Assembly: GCA_016192545.1 (NCBI GenBank)
Contig: JACPTX010000053.1
Span: forward strand, 1,129 to 65,128
Reading direction: 5' to 3'
Origin: Candidatus Omnitrophota bacterium
GTDB taxonomy: Bacteria > Omnitrophota > Gorgyraeia > Aquiviventales > Aquiviventaceae
Length of the DNA stretch: 64,000 nucleotides
The notes below the pieces were generated by a model. That model worked only from the letters and a program-made list of their open reading frames with translations, was not told where the DNA came from and searched no databases. Shown in pieces: positions 26,359 to 35,087 of the stretch (positions within the stretch are counted from its first letter, which is position 1; each line of letters starts with the position of its first letter). The position numbers were made by a program, and so were the translations under genes.

Positions 26359-26813
26359 GGGCCGGGCGTGAGGAGTCGTCGGAGGAACGCGGCCGTCCCG
26401 CGATAGACGCCGGGGCTCTTGCTCTCTCGCGGGCCGGCCACGTTCAGCGTCCGGATCTTGTGCCGGTTCACCCAGGCCCGCACCACGGCGGCCTCAGGTT
26501 CGCGCTCCAAGTCAATCACCAGGCAGGGCTTTCGGTGCCGGTGCGCGAGCTCCGCGGTCAGCGCCGTCCCGCCGTCGAGCGGGCCGCGATTCAGCACGAG
26601 GGTCCCGTCGGAGTCGCGGACGTTCCATTCGGTCCGCTGGGCATAGTCCTCGTCGGGGGTTTCCCGCAGGGGATAGCGGGGCGGCAGCGCGCCGTCTTCC
26701 GCCTTGCGCCCCTTGGGGCACCATCCGCCGCACGGGATGCCCAGCTCCAGCGCGACGTCAAGGGCGGCGCGGTCCACGCCGGTCTGACCGCCTGAAACGA
26801 TCTTCTCAACCAC
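26355..26813 (-). CDS. YpsA-like SLOG protein (annotated in databases as putative molybdenum carrier)
   Basis: 152 aa. IVSGGQTGVDRAALDVALELGIPCGGWCPKGRKAEDG...YPLRETP...YAQRTEWNVRDSDGTLVL matches the PF12694-type pattern as recalled. Overlaps the nuoI stop by 8 nt. Confidence 0.65.
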   Translation of the reverse strand: MVEKIVSGGQTGVDRAALDVALELGIPCGGWCPKGRKAEDGALPPRYPLRETPDEDYAQRTEWNVRDSDGTLVLNRGPLDGGTALTAELAHRHRKPCLVIDLEREPEAAVVRAWVNRHKIRTLNVAGPRESKSPGVYRGTAAFLRRLLTPGP

Positions 26814-27426
26814 TCTGCTTCAGCCGACGGAAGTCTTCCAGCTCAAGCTGGATGAATTTCTTCGGCGGGTCGGTGTGCTTCCGCGAGCCGGGGTGCAGGA
26901 GCTCGATGATGTCGAGCCACATCCCATCGCGGCTGAAGGCGGCGATGTCGTGGCGCTGGGTGTCCATGCGGATCGCGTCTTCCGGGCAGACCTCGACGCA
27001 GTAGCCGCAGTAGACGCATTTGCCCAGGTCGAGGTCGAAGCTCCTGGCGTACTTCTCGACGCTGGGGTCCGGGTGCTCCCCCGGCACGATGTAGATGCAC
27101 TTGGCCGGGCAGACCGTCTCGCACAGCATGCATCCGACGCAGCGCGGCGTGCCGTCCTCGCGCTGCATGAGGCGGTGGCGCGTCCGCAGGCGCGGGGCGG
27201 TGGGGCGCTGCTCGTCGGGATATTGCACGGTGACGGCCGCCGGGATGCGGCGGAACAGCCCCACGCGGTGCGCGAGGTGCAGGAAGAGGTTGCGCCAGAA
27301 GTGGACCGAGGTCACCCAGAGGCCCTGCGCGATGGCCGGCAGATAGATCCGTTCCCACCACGACAGCGTGCGGCGCCTGTGCGCCTCGCGGATGCGGTGC
27401 AGGAGCTGGTCGCTGAGCGTGGCCAT
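26806..27426 (-). CDS. nuoI: NADH-quinone oxidoreductase subunit I (2x[4Fe-4S])
   Basis: 206 aa from internal ATG 27426 (MATLSDQ...). Carries two ferredoxin motifs, CVGCMLCETVCP and CVYCGYCVEVCP. Has an unusual ~45-aa C-terminal extension. Confidence 0.9.
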   Translation of the reverse strand: MATLSDQLLHRIREAHRRRTLSWWERIYLPAIAQGLWVTSVHFWRNLFLHLAHRVGLFRRIPAAVTVQYPDEQRPTAPRLRTRHRLMQREDGTPRCVGCMLCETVCPAKCIYIVPGEHPDPSVEKYARSFDLDLGKCVYCGYCVEVCPEDAIRMDTQRHDIAAFSRDGMWLDIIELLHPGSRKHTDPPKKFIQLELEDFRRLKQSG

Positions 27427-27427
27427 G

Positions 27428-28522
27428 TCAGCGAACCAGGACCCGCAGCACGCCGGTGGCGCCGATGTTCGCCAGCGAGAGGGGAAACAGGATCTTCCAA
27501 CCCAGGCGCATGAGCTGGTCATAGCGGAAACGCGGCAGCGTCCAGCGGATGGCCATGAAGAGCCATAGGAAGACGCACACCTTCAGGGTGAACGCCCCCA
27601 CCCCCAGCAGCGCCATGACGTTCGGGGAGAAGGCGCCGGGAGCCAGCCACGGGATTTGCCAGCCGCCGAAGAACAGCACCGTGGTGAGCGCGGCGACGAG
27701 GACGGTCTCGACGAAGTCCGTCAGGAAGAACAAGCCGAACTTCATCCCGCTGTACTCGACGAAATACCCGATGATCTCCGGCTCGCCCTCCGGCAGGTCG
27801 AACGGGATCCGCTTGGTCTCGGCCAGCGCCGCCGTCATGAAGATGACGCAGCCGAGGGGCTGCACGCACACGCCCCACGCCGGCAGCCATCCGCCCAAGA
27901 GGTCGCCCTGGCGGCGGATGATCTCCTGCAGGTCCAGCGTCCCGTACCAGAGGATCACGCCGATGAGCGACACGCCCAGCGCAATCTCATAGGCGAACAT
28001 CTGCGAGGCCGCCCGCAGGCCTCCGAGCGTCGCCAGGTTATTGCCGGAGGCCAGGCCCGCCAGGATCACGCCGTAGATGCCGATGGAGGCCAGCGCCAGC
28101 ACGTACAACAGCGCGGCGTCGAGGTGCGCCACCTGCAGCTCAATCGTGCGGCCGAACAGGTGGAGCGAATCGCCGAATGGAATCGCCGCAAACGCCACGA
28201 GCGCGAAGAACACGGAAATCCACGGCGCCAGCCAATGCAGCAGCCGGCTGCCCGACGCCGGCACGAAATCCTCCTTCGTCAGGAGCTTGATGACGTCGGC
28301 CAGCGGATGCAGCAGCCCCAACCCCCCGATCTTCCGCAGAAGCCAATTGATCGGGGCGGCCCACCACCACGGGAGGGTGAAGTACGCGCGGTTGGCGCCG
28401 ACGCGGTCCTGCATGACCGCGCTCTGCTTGCGTTCCACCCACGTCTGGATGCCGGCGAGATTCAGCACGGCGAACAGCACGATCCCGGCCAATGCGAATT
28501 TGATCACAAGGTCAATCCACAT
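27428..28522 (-). CDS. nuoH: NADH-quinone oxidoreductase subunit H
   Basis: 364 aa from ATG 28522 (MWIDLVIKFALAG...). Contains WVERKQSAVMQDRVGANR, AETKRIPFDLPEGEPEI and VEYSGMKFGLFFL. Confidence 0.9.
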   Translation of the reverse strand: MWIDLVIKFALAGIVLFAVLNLAGIQTWVERKQSAVMQDRVGANRAYFTLPWWWAAPINWLLRKIGGLGLLHPLADVIKLLTKEDFVPASGSRLLHWLAPWISVFFALVAFAAIPFGDSLHLFGRTIELQVAHLDAALLYVLALASIGIYGVILAGLASGNNLATLGGLRAASQMFAYEIALGVSLIGVILWYGTLDLQEIIRRQGDLLGGWLPAWGVCVQPLGCVIFMTAALAETKRIPFDLPEGEPEIIGYFVEYSGMKFGLFFLTDFVETVLVAALTTVLFFGGWQIPWLAPGAFSPNVMALLGVGAFTLKVCVFLWLFMAIRWTLPRFRYDQLMRLGWKILFPLSLANIGATGVLRVLVR

Positions 28523-28523
28523 C

Positions 28524-30183
28524 TCACCGATTGGGGTCAGACCCCTTCCCTGAGGGGTCTGACCCCTTTTGAGGCAGCATCGCGCCCTGGTCGCCGAGGA
28601 CGTCGTAGCTGAGTCCCTTGAACGCCGCCTCATGCGAGGCGAGGCTGCCGAACACGCCCTGCGCGTCCCGGAATTCCCAGAGGAACCCGGTGCGGTCGGC
28701 CACATCCAGCAGCACGCGCCATTCGGGCTTGGCCTCCCCGAGCGGCTGGACCGCCTGCCGGATGCGCTGGACACGTCCCGCCTCGTTGGTGAAGGTACCG
28801 TCTTTTTCGGCATAGACCGCGCTGGGCAGAATCATGTGGGCAAGCTGGCAGGTCCGGTTGACGTTGGAGCCTTGAAAGACGAGCAGGTCGACGCTGTCCG
28901 CGATCGTCTTCGCCTGGGCCTCGCCCGCGAGCTCAACCAGATCGCCGCCGAAGACCCAGAGCAGCGAGAGCTCCTTCCGCGCGGCCCGCTCCAAGACCGC
29001 CTTGACGTCGAACGACAGGCCCATCGCCTGCGCCCCGCGGGTGTTGGGGGATTTGTCCGCCCGACGCAGGAAGTCATCCTGCGACCCCTGCCGCGCCGGC
29101 TGGACCGCGAGCGACCGGATCCCGAATCCGCCGAAGACGCGCTTGGCGACGTACAGGTCCTCATTGGTCAGGTGCGTCGAGAGGACGACGCCGGCGCGGT
29201 CGAGCTGCTGGGCGTCCTTCAGCCGGCGCAGGGTCTGCGTCAGCAGCCCGAGCGCCTCATCCCACGAGCCGGCGCGGTACCCCGAGCCGTCGCGGAGCTG
29301 CACCTGCGTCAGGCGGTTCTCGTCGATGAACTTGTAGCCGTAGCGGCCCTCGTCGCACATCCACCATTGGTTGACGTCGGGGTTGTAGCGAGGCTTCAAG
29401 CGCATGATGCGCCGGCCCTGCGCGATGTGAGGGCGCTGGCCGCGCTCGCGGTTGTCGTGGATCTCGATGTTGCAGCCCTTGGAGCAGCCTGGGCACACCG
29501 AGCTGGTCGAGCCCAGGTACCACACCCGGCACTTGAACCGGAAATCCTTATCGGTCAGCGCCCCCACCGGGCAGACATCCACCACGTTGCCCGCGTAGGG
29601 ATTGTCGAGCGGCTTGCCGGGGTGGATGCCGAGCTCCGAGTGGTCGCCCCGGTTGAAGATCCCCAGCTCCCCGGTCTTGGTGATCTCGTCGCAGAACCGC
29701 ACGCAGCGGGAGCAGAGGATGCAGCGCTCCATGTCGAGCATCACCGTCGGCCCGATGGACACCGCCTTGGCGGATTTCTTGACCTTCTGCTCGTCGAACT
29801 TCTGGTTGTAGAGCCCGTAGGCCATGTAGTAGTCCTGCAGCCAGCACTCGCCGGCCTGGTCGCACACCGGGCAGTCCAGCGGATGGTTGACGAGGAGGAA
29901 TTCCAGGACGTCCTGCCGGCCCTGCAGGACGTTGTCCGACGCCGTGCGCACGACCATGCCCTCGGCGGCCTGCGTGTAGCAGGCGATCTGCAGTTTAGGG
30001 GCTTTCTCGATTTCGACGAGGCAGATGCGGCAGTTGCCCGCGATCGACAACCCCGGATGATAGCAGTAGAACGGCACCGGGCTGTCCGCCTGCTCGCAGG
30101 CCTGCAGGACCGTGGTGCCCGGCGGCACGGTGACGGATTTCCCGTCGACGGTCAGGGTGACGGTCTTGACCGGCTCAGCCATG
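28524..30183 (-). CDS. nuoG: NADH-quinone oxidoreductase subunit G (short form)
   Basis: 553 aa from ATG 30183 (MAEPVKTVTLTVDGKSV...). Carries 2Fe-2S and 4Fe-4S Cys motifs (CYHPGLSIAGNCRICLVE, HPLDCPVCDQAGEC, CILCSRCVRFC). The last ~13 codons are repeat-encoded. Confidence 0.85.
28533..28566. repeat. Paired GGGGTCWGACCCC palindromic repeat (14-bp stem hairpin) at the nuoG/nuoH junction
   Basis: GGGGTCAGACCCCT-tccctg-AGGGGTCTGACCCC. The nuoG reading frame runs through it, giving the tail ...QKGSDPSGKGSDPNR. Confidence 0.9.
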
Positions 30184-32082
30184 GGATCCCGCGTGCGCCA
30201 GGGCCGGCGTGCTGCTCTCCGCCCGGCAGCTTGAGCAGCGGGGCGGATCCGCCCCCGGCCTCGACAGGTGGGCGGAAAACTCGTCGCGGAACTTCGTGAC
30301 GTAGCTCTGCACGGGCCAGGCCGCCGCGTCCGCGAAGACGCAGATCGTCCGGCCTTCCATGTTGGTCGCCGCGGCCAGCAGGATGTCCAGATCGTGCGGA
30401 CGTCCCTGGCCGCCGGCGATCCGCTGGATGATCTTGTAGATCCACCCCGTCCCCTCGCGGCAGGGCGAGCACTGGCCGCACGATTCATGCGCGAAGAACT
30501 TGGCCGCGTAGAGGAGCGCCCGCACCATGCACACGGTCTCGTCCATCGCGATGATGCCGGCCGAGCCGGCCATGGTCCCGGCGGCCAGCAGCGAGTCGAA
30601 ATCCATGCGGACGTCAATTTCATCCGCGCGCAGGATCTTCGCCGACAGCCCGCCCGGCACGACCGCCTTGAGGTGGCGCCCCTCAGGAATCCCGCCCGCA
30701 TAGTCGAAGATCAGCTCGCGCAGCGTCACCCCCTGCGAGGCCTCGTACAGCCCCGGCTGGTTCACATGCCCGCTGACGCTGAACAGGCGCGTGCCGCCGG
30801 ACTTCCCGTAGCCCAGCTTCGCGAACCAGTCGCCGCCTTTCTGGAGGATCGTCGGGACGCACGCCAGGGTTTCGACGTTGTTGATCACCGTCGGACAACC
30901 GAACAATCCGCTGATGGCGGGAAACGGCGGCTTGAGGCGCGGGAAGCCCTTCTTGCCCTCGAGCGATTCGAGCAGCGCGGTCTCCTCCCCGCAGATGTAG
31001 GCCCCGGCGCCTCGGTGGATGGTCACGTCGAAGTCCGCGTCGCTGTTGAAGATCCGCTTGCCGAGGAAGCCGTACTGATAGGCGTCCGCCACCGCCTGCT
31101 GCAGTATGTTGGTCGGCTGCGCATATTCGCCGCGGATGTAGACGTACGCCTGCCGGCAGCCGGTCGCGTGCGCCGCGATGATCATGCCTTCCAGCAGGCG
31201 GTGCGGGTCGCGCTCGAGGATATAGCGGTCCTTGATCGTGCCCGGCTCGCCCTCATCCGCGTTGACGACGAGGTAGTGAGGTTTCGGGGGGATGATCCCA
31301 CGCCCTGCAACATCCGTCGAAGACGGATCGGCGCCGGAGGCGCCGGCCCGTTGGGCGGTTGCAGGGCGTGGGATGAAGCTCCACTTCTTGCCGGTCAGGA
31401 ATCCCGCCCCGCCCAGGCCGCGGAGGTTGGATTTCGTGACCTCCTCGATGATCTGTGCCGGCGACAGCTCGGTGACCGCCTTGCGCGCCATCTGATAGCC
31501 GTCGTCGCGGACGTAGGTCTGGATGAGGTGCGAGTCTTTGAGGCTGAAGCGCTTCGAGAGGACCGGCTCCACCAACCCCGGCGCGCCGCGGAACGGCGTC
31601 GAGATTGCGGCGACCTGCTCCGGATGCGTGACGAGCTGCTCAATCAGCTCAGGCGTGATCGGGCCGACATAGGCGTCGTTCACCTGACACATCGGCGCCT
31701 GCTCGCAGGCGCACAGACACTCGACGGTCGAGAGCGTAAACTGCCCGTCGGCAGTGGTCTGGCCCGGGCTGATGCCGAGCCGTTCGGACAACTGCTTCAC
31801 GCATTGCTCGCTGCCGCGCAGCCAGCAGGAGACGTTGCTGCACGCTTGCACGTGGAATTTCCCGACGGGCTTGCGGTGAAACAGCGTATAAAACGTGACG
31901 ACTTCATGGACATGGGCGACGGACACGCCTAGCAGATTCGCGGTCCACTGCTCCGCCTCATCCGAAATAAACCCGAACCGCTCCTGGACCAGGCACAGGA
32001 CCGGCAGCATCGCCGCCTGCTTGCGCGGATACTTCGCCAGGATCACCTCTGCGTCCTTCCGGAGCGGTTCGAAGTCCGCCAT
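30175..32082 (-). CDS. nuoEF: Fused NADH-quinone oxidoreductase subunits E and F
   Basis: One 635-aa frame from ATG 32082 (TGATG junction with nuoD). The NuoE part has CSNVSCWLRG...STVECLCACEQAPM. The NuoF part has RGLGGAGFLTGKKWSF, NADEGEPGT and ESCGQCSPCREG. No stop separates the two parts. Confidence 0.85.
   Translation of the reverse strand: MADFEPLRKDAEVILAKYPRKQAAMLPVLCLVQERFGFISDEAEQWTANLLGVSVAHVHEVVTFYTLFHRKPVGKFHVQACSNVSCWLRGSEQCVKQLSERLGISPGQTTADGQFTLSTVECLCACEQAPMCQVNDAYVGPITPELIEQLVTHPEQVAAISTPFRGAPGLVEPVLSKRFSLKDSHLIQTYVRDDGYQMARKAVTELSPAQIIEEVTKSNLRGLGGAGFLTGKKWSFIPRPATAQRAGASGADPSSTDVAGRGIIPPKPHYLVVNADEGEPGTIKDRYILERDPHRLLEGMIIAAHATGCRQAYVYIRGEYAQPTNILQQAVADAYQYGFLGKRIFNSDADFDVTIHRGAGAYICGEETALLESLEGKKGFPRLKPPFPAISGLFGCPTVINNVETLACVPTILQKGGDWFAKLGYGKSGGTRLFSVSGHVNQPGLYEASQGVTLRELIFDYAGGIPEGRHLKAVVPGGLSAKILRADEIDVRMDFDSLLAAGTMAGSAGIIAMDETVCMVRALLYAAKFFAHESCGQCSPCREGTGWIYKIIQRIAGGQGRPHDLDILLAAATNMEGRTICVFADAAAWPVQSYVTKFRDEFSAHLSRPGADPPRCSSCRAESSTPALAHAGSHG
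31295..31374. repeat. In-frame palindromic insertion inside the nuoF part of nuoEF
   Basis: 17-bp perfect inverted arms ATCCCACGCCCTGCAAC ... GTTGCAGGGCGTGGGAT with an inner hairpin ATCCGTCgaaGACGGAT. GGGATGA direct repeats lie exactly 81 bp apart (31289 and 31370). Deleting 81 bp restores the canonical KWSFIPPKPHYLVVNADEGEPG. Confidence 0.8.
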
Positions 32083-33404
32083 CACCGGTCCAGCTCTCCG
32101 CCGATCATGTTGACCGAGCCGAAGGTGGGCACGATGTCCGCCACCATATCCCCGATGAGCATCTTGGACAGCGCCCCCATGATCGTGAAGCACGGCGGGC
32201 GTACCCGCACCCGGTAGGGCCGGTCCGTCCCGTCGCTGACCACGTAGAAGCCCAGCTCGCCGTTGGCCCCCTCGACGGCGGCGTACACCTCGCCCGTCGG
32301 AGGACGGATGCCATGGCCGATCATGACGAGCTTAAAGTGCTGCATCAGGCCTTCGATGTTCCCGTAGGTGTCTTCTTTCGGCGGCAGGACCGCCAATTTT
32401 TCAGGCGCGTTCACGCGCCCGTGGAAGCGGCGCGTCGAGCCGCCCAGCGTCGGGTCCACGGCCACCTCGACCAGGCGCATGCCCGCGGTCCGGCCCTCCT
32501 TGGCCTCGTCCACCATGACCGCAGCCGGCAGCATCCGGCCCTCGTGGTCCACCATGATGGGGCCTTCCGGGATCTGCGCCAGCGCCTGCTCGATGATCCG
32601 CATGCTCTGTTCCATTTCTTCCATCCGGACGAGGTAGCGGTCGTAGTTGTCGCCGCGCCCGCCGAGCGGCACGTCGAACCGCATCCGGTCGTAGACGAAA
32701 TAGGGCTGGGCTTTGCGCACGTCGTAGTTGACGCCGGTGGATCGCAAAAACGGCCCGGTGATCCCGTAGGAAATCGCGTCTTCCTTCGAGATGACGCCGG
32801 TGTCCTGCATCCGGTCCATGAAGATGCGGTTGCGCGTCAGGAGCGTGTCGCACTCCAGCAGGACCCGCCGCGTGTCCTCCAGCGCCTTGCGGGTGCGCCC
32901 GGCGAATCCATCCGGCAGGTCCGCCTTCACCCCGCCGACCCGGCCGTAGGAAATCGTCAGCCGCGCGCCGGTGACCTCCTCGACCAGCTCCCAGAGCCAT
33001 TCCCGCGCCTTGATCAGGTAGAGGAACACGGTGAAGGCCCCCAGCTCCATCGCCGAGGCGCCGATGCAGGTGAGGTGGTCGGTGATGCGGGAGAGCTCGC
33101 TGAGGATGACGCGGATGTACTGGCACCGCTCCGGCGCCTCGATGCCGAGGAGCCGCTCGACCGCCAGGCAGTAGCCGAAGTTGTTGATGAGGGGCGAGAC
33201 GTAGTTGAGGCGGTCGGTGTAAGGGATGGCATTGTTGTAGGGGCCTTCCTCGCACATCTTCTCGAAGCCCCGGTGGAGGTAGCCGATCTCGACGTCCGCC
33301 CCGACGATGCGCTCGCCGTCCAGCTCGGTGACGATCTTGATGATGCCGTGCATCGCGGGGTGCGACGGCCCGAGGTTGATGAACATGTGCCGCGTTTCGC
33401 TCAT
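32082..33404 (-). CDS. nuoD: NADH-quinone oxidoreductase subunit D
   Basis: 440 aa with INLGPSHPAMHG, IGYLHRGFEK and RPPCFTIMGAL. Carries an internal insertion relative to ~400-aa orthologues. Confidence 0.9.
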   Translation of the reverse strand: MSETRHMFINLGPSHPAMHGIIKIVTELDGERIVGADVEIGYLHRGFEKMCEEGPYNNAIPYTDRLNYVSPLINNFGYCLAVERLLGIEAPERCQYIRVILSELSRITDHLTCIGASAMELGAFTVFLYLIKAREWLWELVEEVTGARLTISYGRVGGVKADLPDGFAGRTRKALEDTRRVLLECDTLLTRNRIFMDRMQDTGVISKEDAISYGITGPFLRSTGVNYDVRKAQPYFVYDRMRFDVPLGGRGDNYDRYLVRMEEMEQSMRIIEQALAQIPEGPIMVDHEGRMLPAAVMVDEAKEGRTAGMRLVEVAVDPTLGGSTRRFHGRVNAPEKLAVLPPKEDTYGNIEGLMQHFKLVMIGHGIRPPTGEVYAAVEGANGELGFYVVSDGTDRPYRVRVRPPCFTIMGALSKMLIGDMVADIVPTFGSVNMIGGELDR

Positions 33405-33405
33405 C

Positions 33406-33981
33406 TTAATTGACCGGGCCGATGAGGGGTTGGCGCCTGTTGACCGGGTAGTCCTTGCGCAGGGGATGGCCCTCGAAGGGCTCGTACATGAGGATTCTCT
33501 TCAGGTCGGGATGCCCGGTGAAGCGGACGCCGAACATGTCCCACACTTCCCGCTCGAACCAGTCCGCGGACCGCCACAACCCGGTGACCGAGTCCACAGC
33601 GAGATCCCCTTCGGTCAGCGGGATTTTCACGCGCAGGCGGTGGTTGTGCGCCAGCGAATAGAGATGATAGACGACCTCAAAGCGGTGCTCGGTCCCTCCC
33701 TGGCGTTCCCACGTTTCCGCCGAGGGCTTGGGCCGCATGAAGTACGGCAGGGGCGACGGGGTGGCCAGGGTCGGCGCGCTCTGCAGGCGCTTCCCGAACG
33801 TCAGATAGTCCACGCACGAGAGGTCCATGAGGACATTGAACGCCATCGCGGGGTCATCCCGCAGATACCGGAAGACGTCCAGCGCCCTCTCTCGTGTGAC
33901 GACGACGGTATCGTCCCCTCGGTAGTGGTGCGTTCCGAGAACCTGCTCCGGGAACCGTTGTTGCACAAGGGCGCTTAACAT
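33406..33981 (-). CDS. nuoC: NADH-quinone oxidoreductase subunit C
   Basis: 191 aa with SADWFEREVWDMFGVRFTGHPDLKRIL and PLRKDYP. Confidence 0.9.
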   Translation of the reverse strand: MLSALVQQRFPEQVLGTHHYRGDDTVVVTRERALDVFRYLRDDPAMAFNVLMDLSCVDYLTFGKRLQSAPTLATPSPLPYFMRPKPSAETWERQGGTEHRFEVVYHLYSLAHNHRLRVKIPLTEGDLAVDSVTGLWRSADWFEREVWDMFGVRFTGHPDLKRILMYEPFEGHPLRKDYPVNRRQPLIGPVN

Positions 33982-33993
33982 GCTCCAAAAGAA

Positions 33994-34006
33994 GGGGTCA
34001 GACCCC
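33994..34006. repeat. Single GGGGTCAGACCCC repeat at the nuoB/nuoC junction
   Basis: The context caaaagaaGGGGTCAGACCCCtcaagaa is the same 27-mer found at 34968-34994. The nuoB stop codon abuts it. Confidence 0.85.
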
Positions 34007-34546
34007 TCAAGAAAGATGGGTTTCCGGGCGGTGACCGACCTGCAATTCTTCGGGGCGCGCGGACGGACCGGCCATCACGGCCTGCTCGCCGCGCTGGATC
34101 TTCTCCTGCAGCTTGATGAGGCCGTCCAGCACGTTCTCGGGACGGGGCGGGCAGCCGGGGATGTAGACGTCCACCGGGATGATGGTGTCGATGCCCATGA
34201 CCGTCGCGTAGTTGTCGTAGAAGCCGCCGGTGCAGGTGCAGACGCCGAAGGCCACCACCCACTTCGGCTCCATCATCTGGTCGTAGACGCGCTTCAGCAC
34301 CGGCGCGAGCTTGTGGCTGATGGTCCCGACGACGAACAGCACGTCCGCCTGGCGCGGCGAGAAGCGCGGGAAGCCCGCGCCGAAGCGGTCCACGTCGTAG
34401 TGGGAGCAGGCGGTCGCCATGTACTCCATCCCGCAGCAGGCGGTCACGAACGGGTACTGGAAGATGGAGAACTTCCGCGCCCAGCCCAGCGCGGCATCCA
34501 GGCGGGTCGTCATCCAGTTGAGCTTGCCGGCGTCCACCGCACCCAT
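34007..34546 (-). CDS. nuoB: NADH-quinone oxidoreductase subunit B
   Basis: Contains FVTACCGMEYMA, CTCTGGFY and IPGCPPRPE. Start placed at ATG 34546 (TGATG junction with nuoA). ATG 34564 is the alternative. Confidence 0.85.
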   Translation of the reverse strand: MGAVDAGKLNWMTTRLDAALGWARKFSIFQYPFVTACCGMEYMATACSHYDVDRFGAGFPRFSPRQADVLFVVGTISHKLAPVLKRVYDQMMEPKWVVAFGVCTCTGGFYDNYATVMGIDTIIPVDVYIPGCPPRPENVLDGLIKLQEKIQRGEQAVMAGPSARPEELQVGHRPETHLS

Positions 34547-34911
34547 CAGACCCTCCGCTCCCACTCCAGATCGAGCGCACCTTTCTTCCAGGCATAGATG
34601 AATCCGGCGACGACGATCCCCAGGAAGAGCGCCATCTCAACCAGCCCGAACCAGCCCAGCTCCTTGAGGACCACCGCCCACGGGAAGAGGAAGACGAGCT
34701 CGACGTCGAAGACGACGAACAGCATCGCCATGACGTAGAAGTGGACCGGAATGCGCCCGGCCGGCAGGGCGATCGGCTCCATGCCGCACTCGAAGGGCTG
34801 GGACTTGACCGGATTCGGCCGCCGGGGGCCGAGCAGGCGGTTAGCCAGCAGCATGCCGGTCGCCACCAGCGCGGCCAGCAGCGCGAGCAGGAGCAAGCCG
34901 ACGAACTCCAT
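34546..34911 (-). CDS. nuoA: NADH-quinone oxidoreductase subunit A
   Basis: 121 aa with three TM helices, FECGMEP and [12 protein letters not shown]. Confidence 0.9.
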   Translation of the reverse strand: MEFVGLLLLALLAALVATGMLLANRLLGPRRPNPVKSQPFECGMEPIALPAGRIPVHFYVMAMLFVVFDVELVFLFPWAVVLKELGWFGLVEMALFLGIVVAGFIYAWKKGALDLEWERRV

Positions 34912-34931
34912 GTGTGATTTTTTTCACAATT

Positions 34932-34960
34932 AGTATAGCAACCGTCTCAGACGCTGTCTA
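34932..34960 (-). promoter_or_regulatory. Candidate promoter of nuoA-I operon
   Basis: Minus strand reads TAGACA (34960-55), 17-nt spacer, TATACT (34937-32) with upstream TGc (extended -10), about 20 nt upstream of the nuoA ATG. Confidence 0.45.
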
Positions 34961-34975
34961 GAACCGGCAAAAGAA

Positions 34976-35024
34976 GGGGTCAGACCCCTCAAGAACGACG
35001 GGTTAACCGACGGGGTCTGACCCC
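34976..35024. repeat. Paired GGGGTCWGACCCC repeats between the divergent nuoA and msbA-like promoters
   Basis: GGGGTCAGACCCC (34976-88) and GGGGTCTGACCCC (35012-24) in inverted orientation, separated by 23 nt. Confidence 0.85.
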
Positions 35025-35053
35025 GTGCTGCGTCAAGACACCACCAGACGTGT

Positions 35054-35081
35054 CTGACACCGTTCTCCCTTGTGCTATACT
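35054..35081 (+). promoter_or_regulatory. Candidate promoter of the ABC exporter gene (possibly leaderless mRNA)
   Basis: CTGACA, 16-nt spacer, TGcTATACT (extended -10 at 35073-81). The -10 ends 6 nt before ATG 35088. Confidence 0.4.
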
Positions 35082-35087
35082 GAATGC

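Noticed and set aside
27428-30701. Long N-terminal extensions of the nuoH (to 28813) and nuoG (to 30701) ORFs
   Set aside because: The extensions overlap the upstream genes out of frame and are low-complexity. Internal ATGs at 28522 and 30183 give canonical N-termini.
28569-31932. 576-aa and 554-aa ORFs on the + strand
   Set aside because: Antisense to nuoG and nuoEF.
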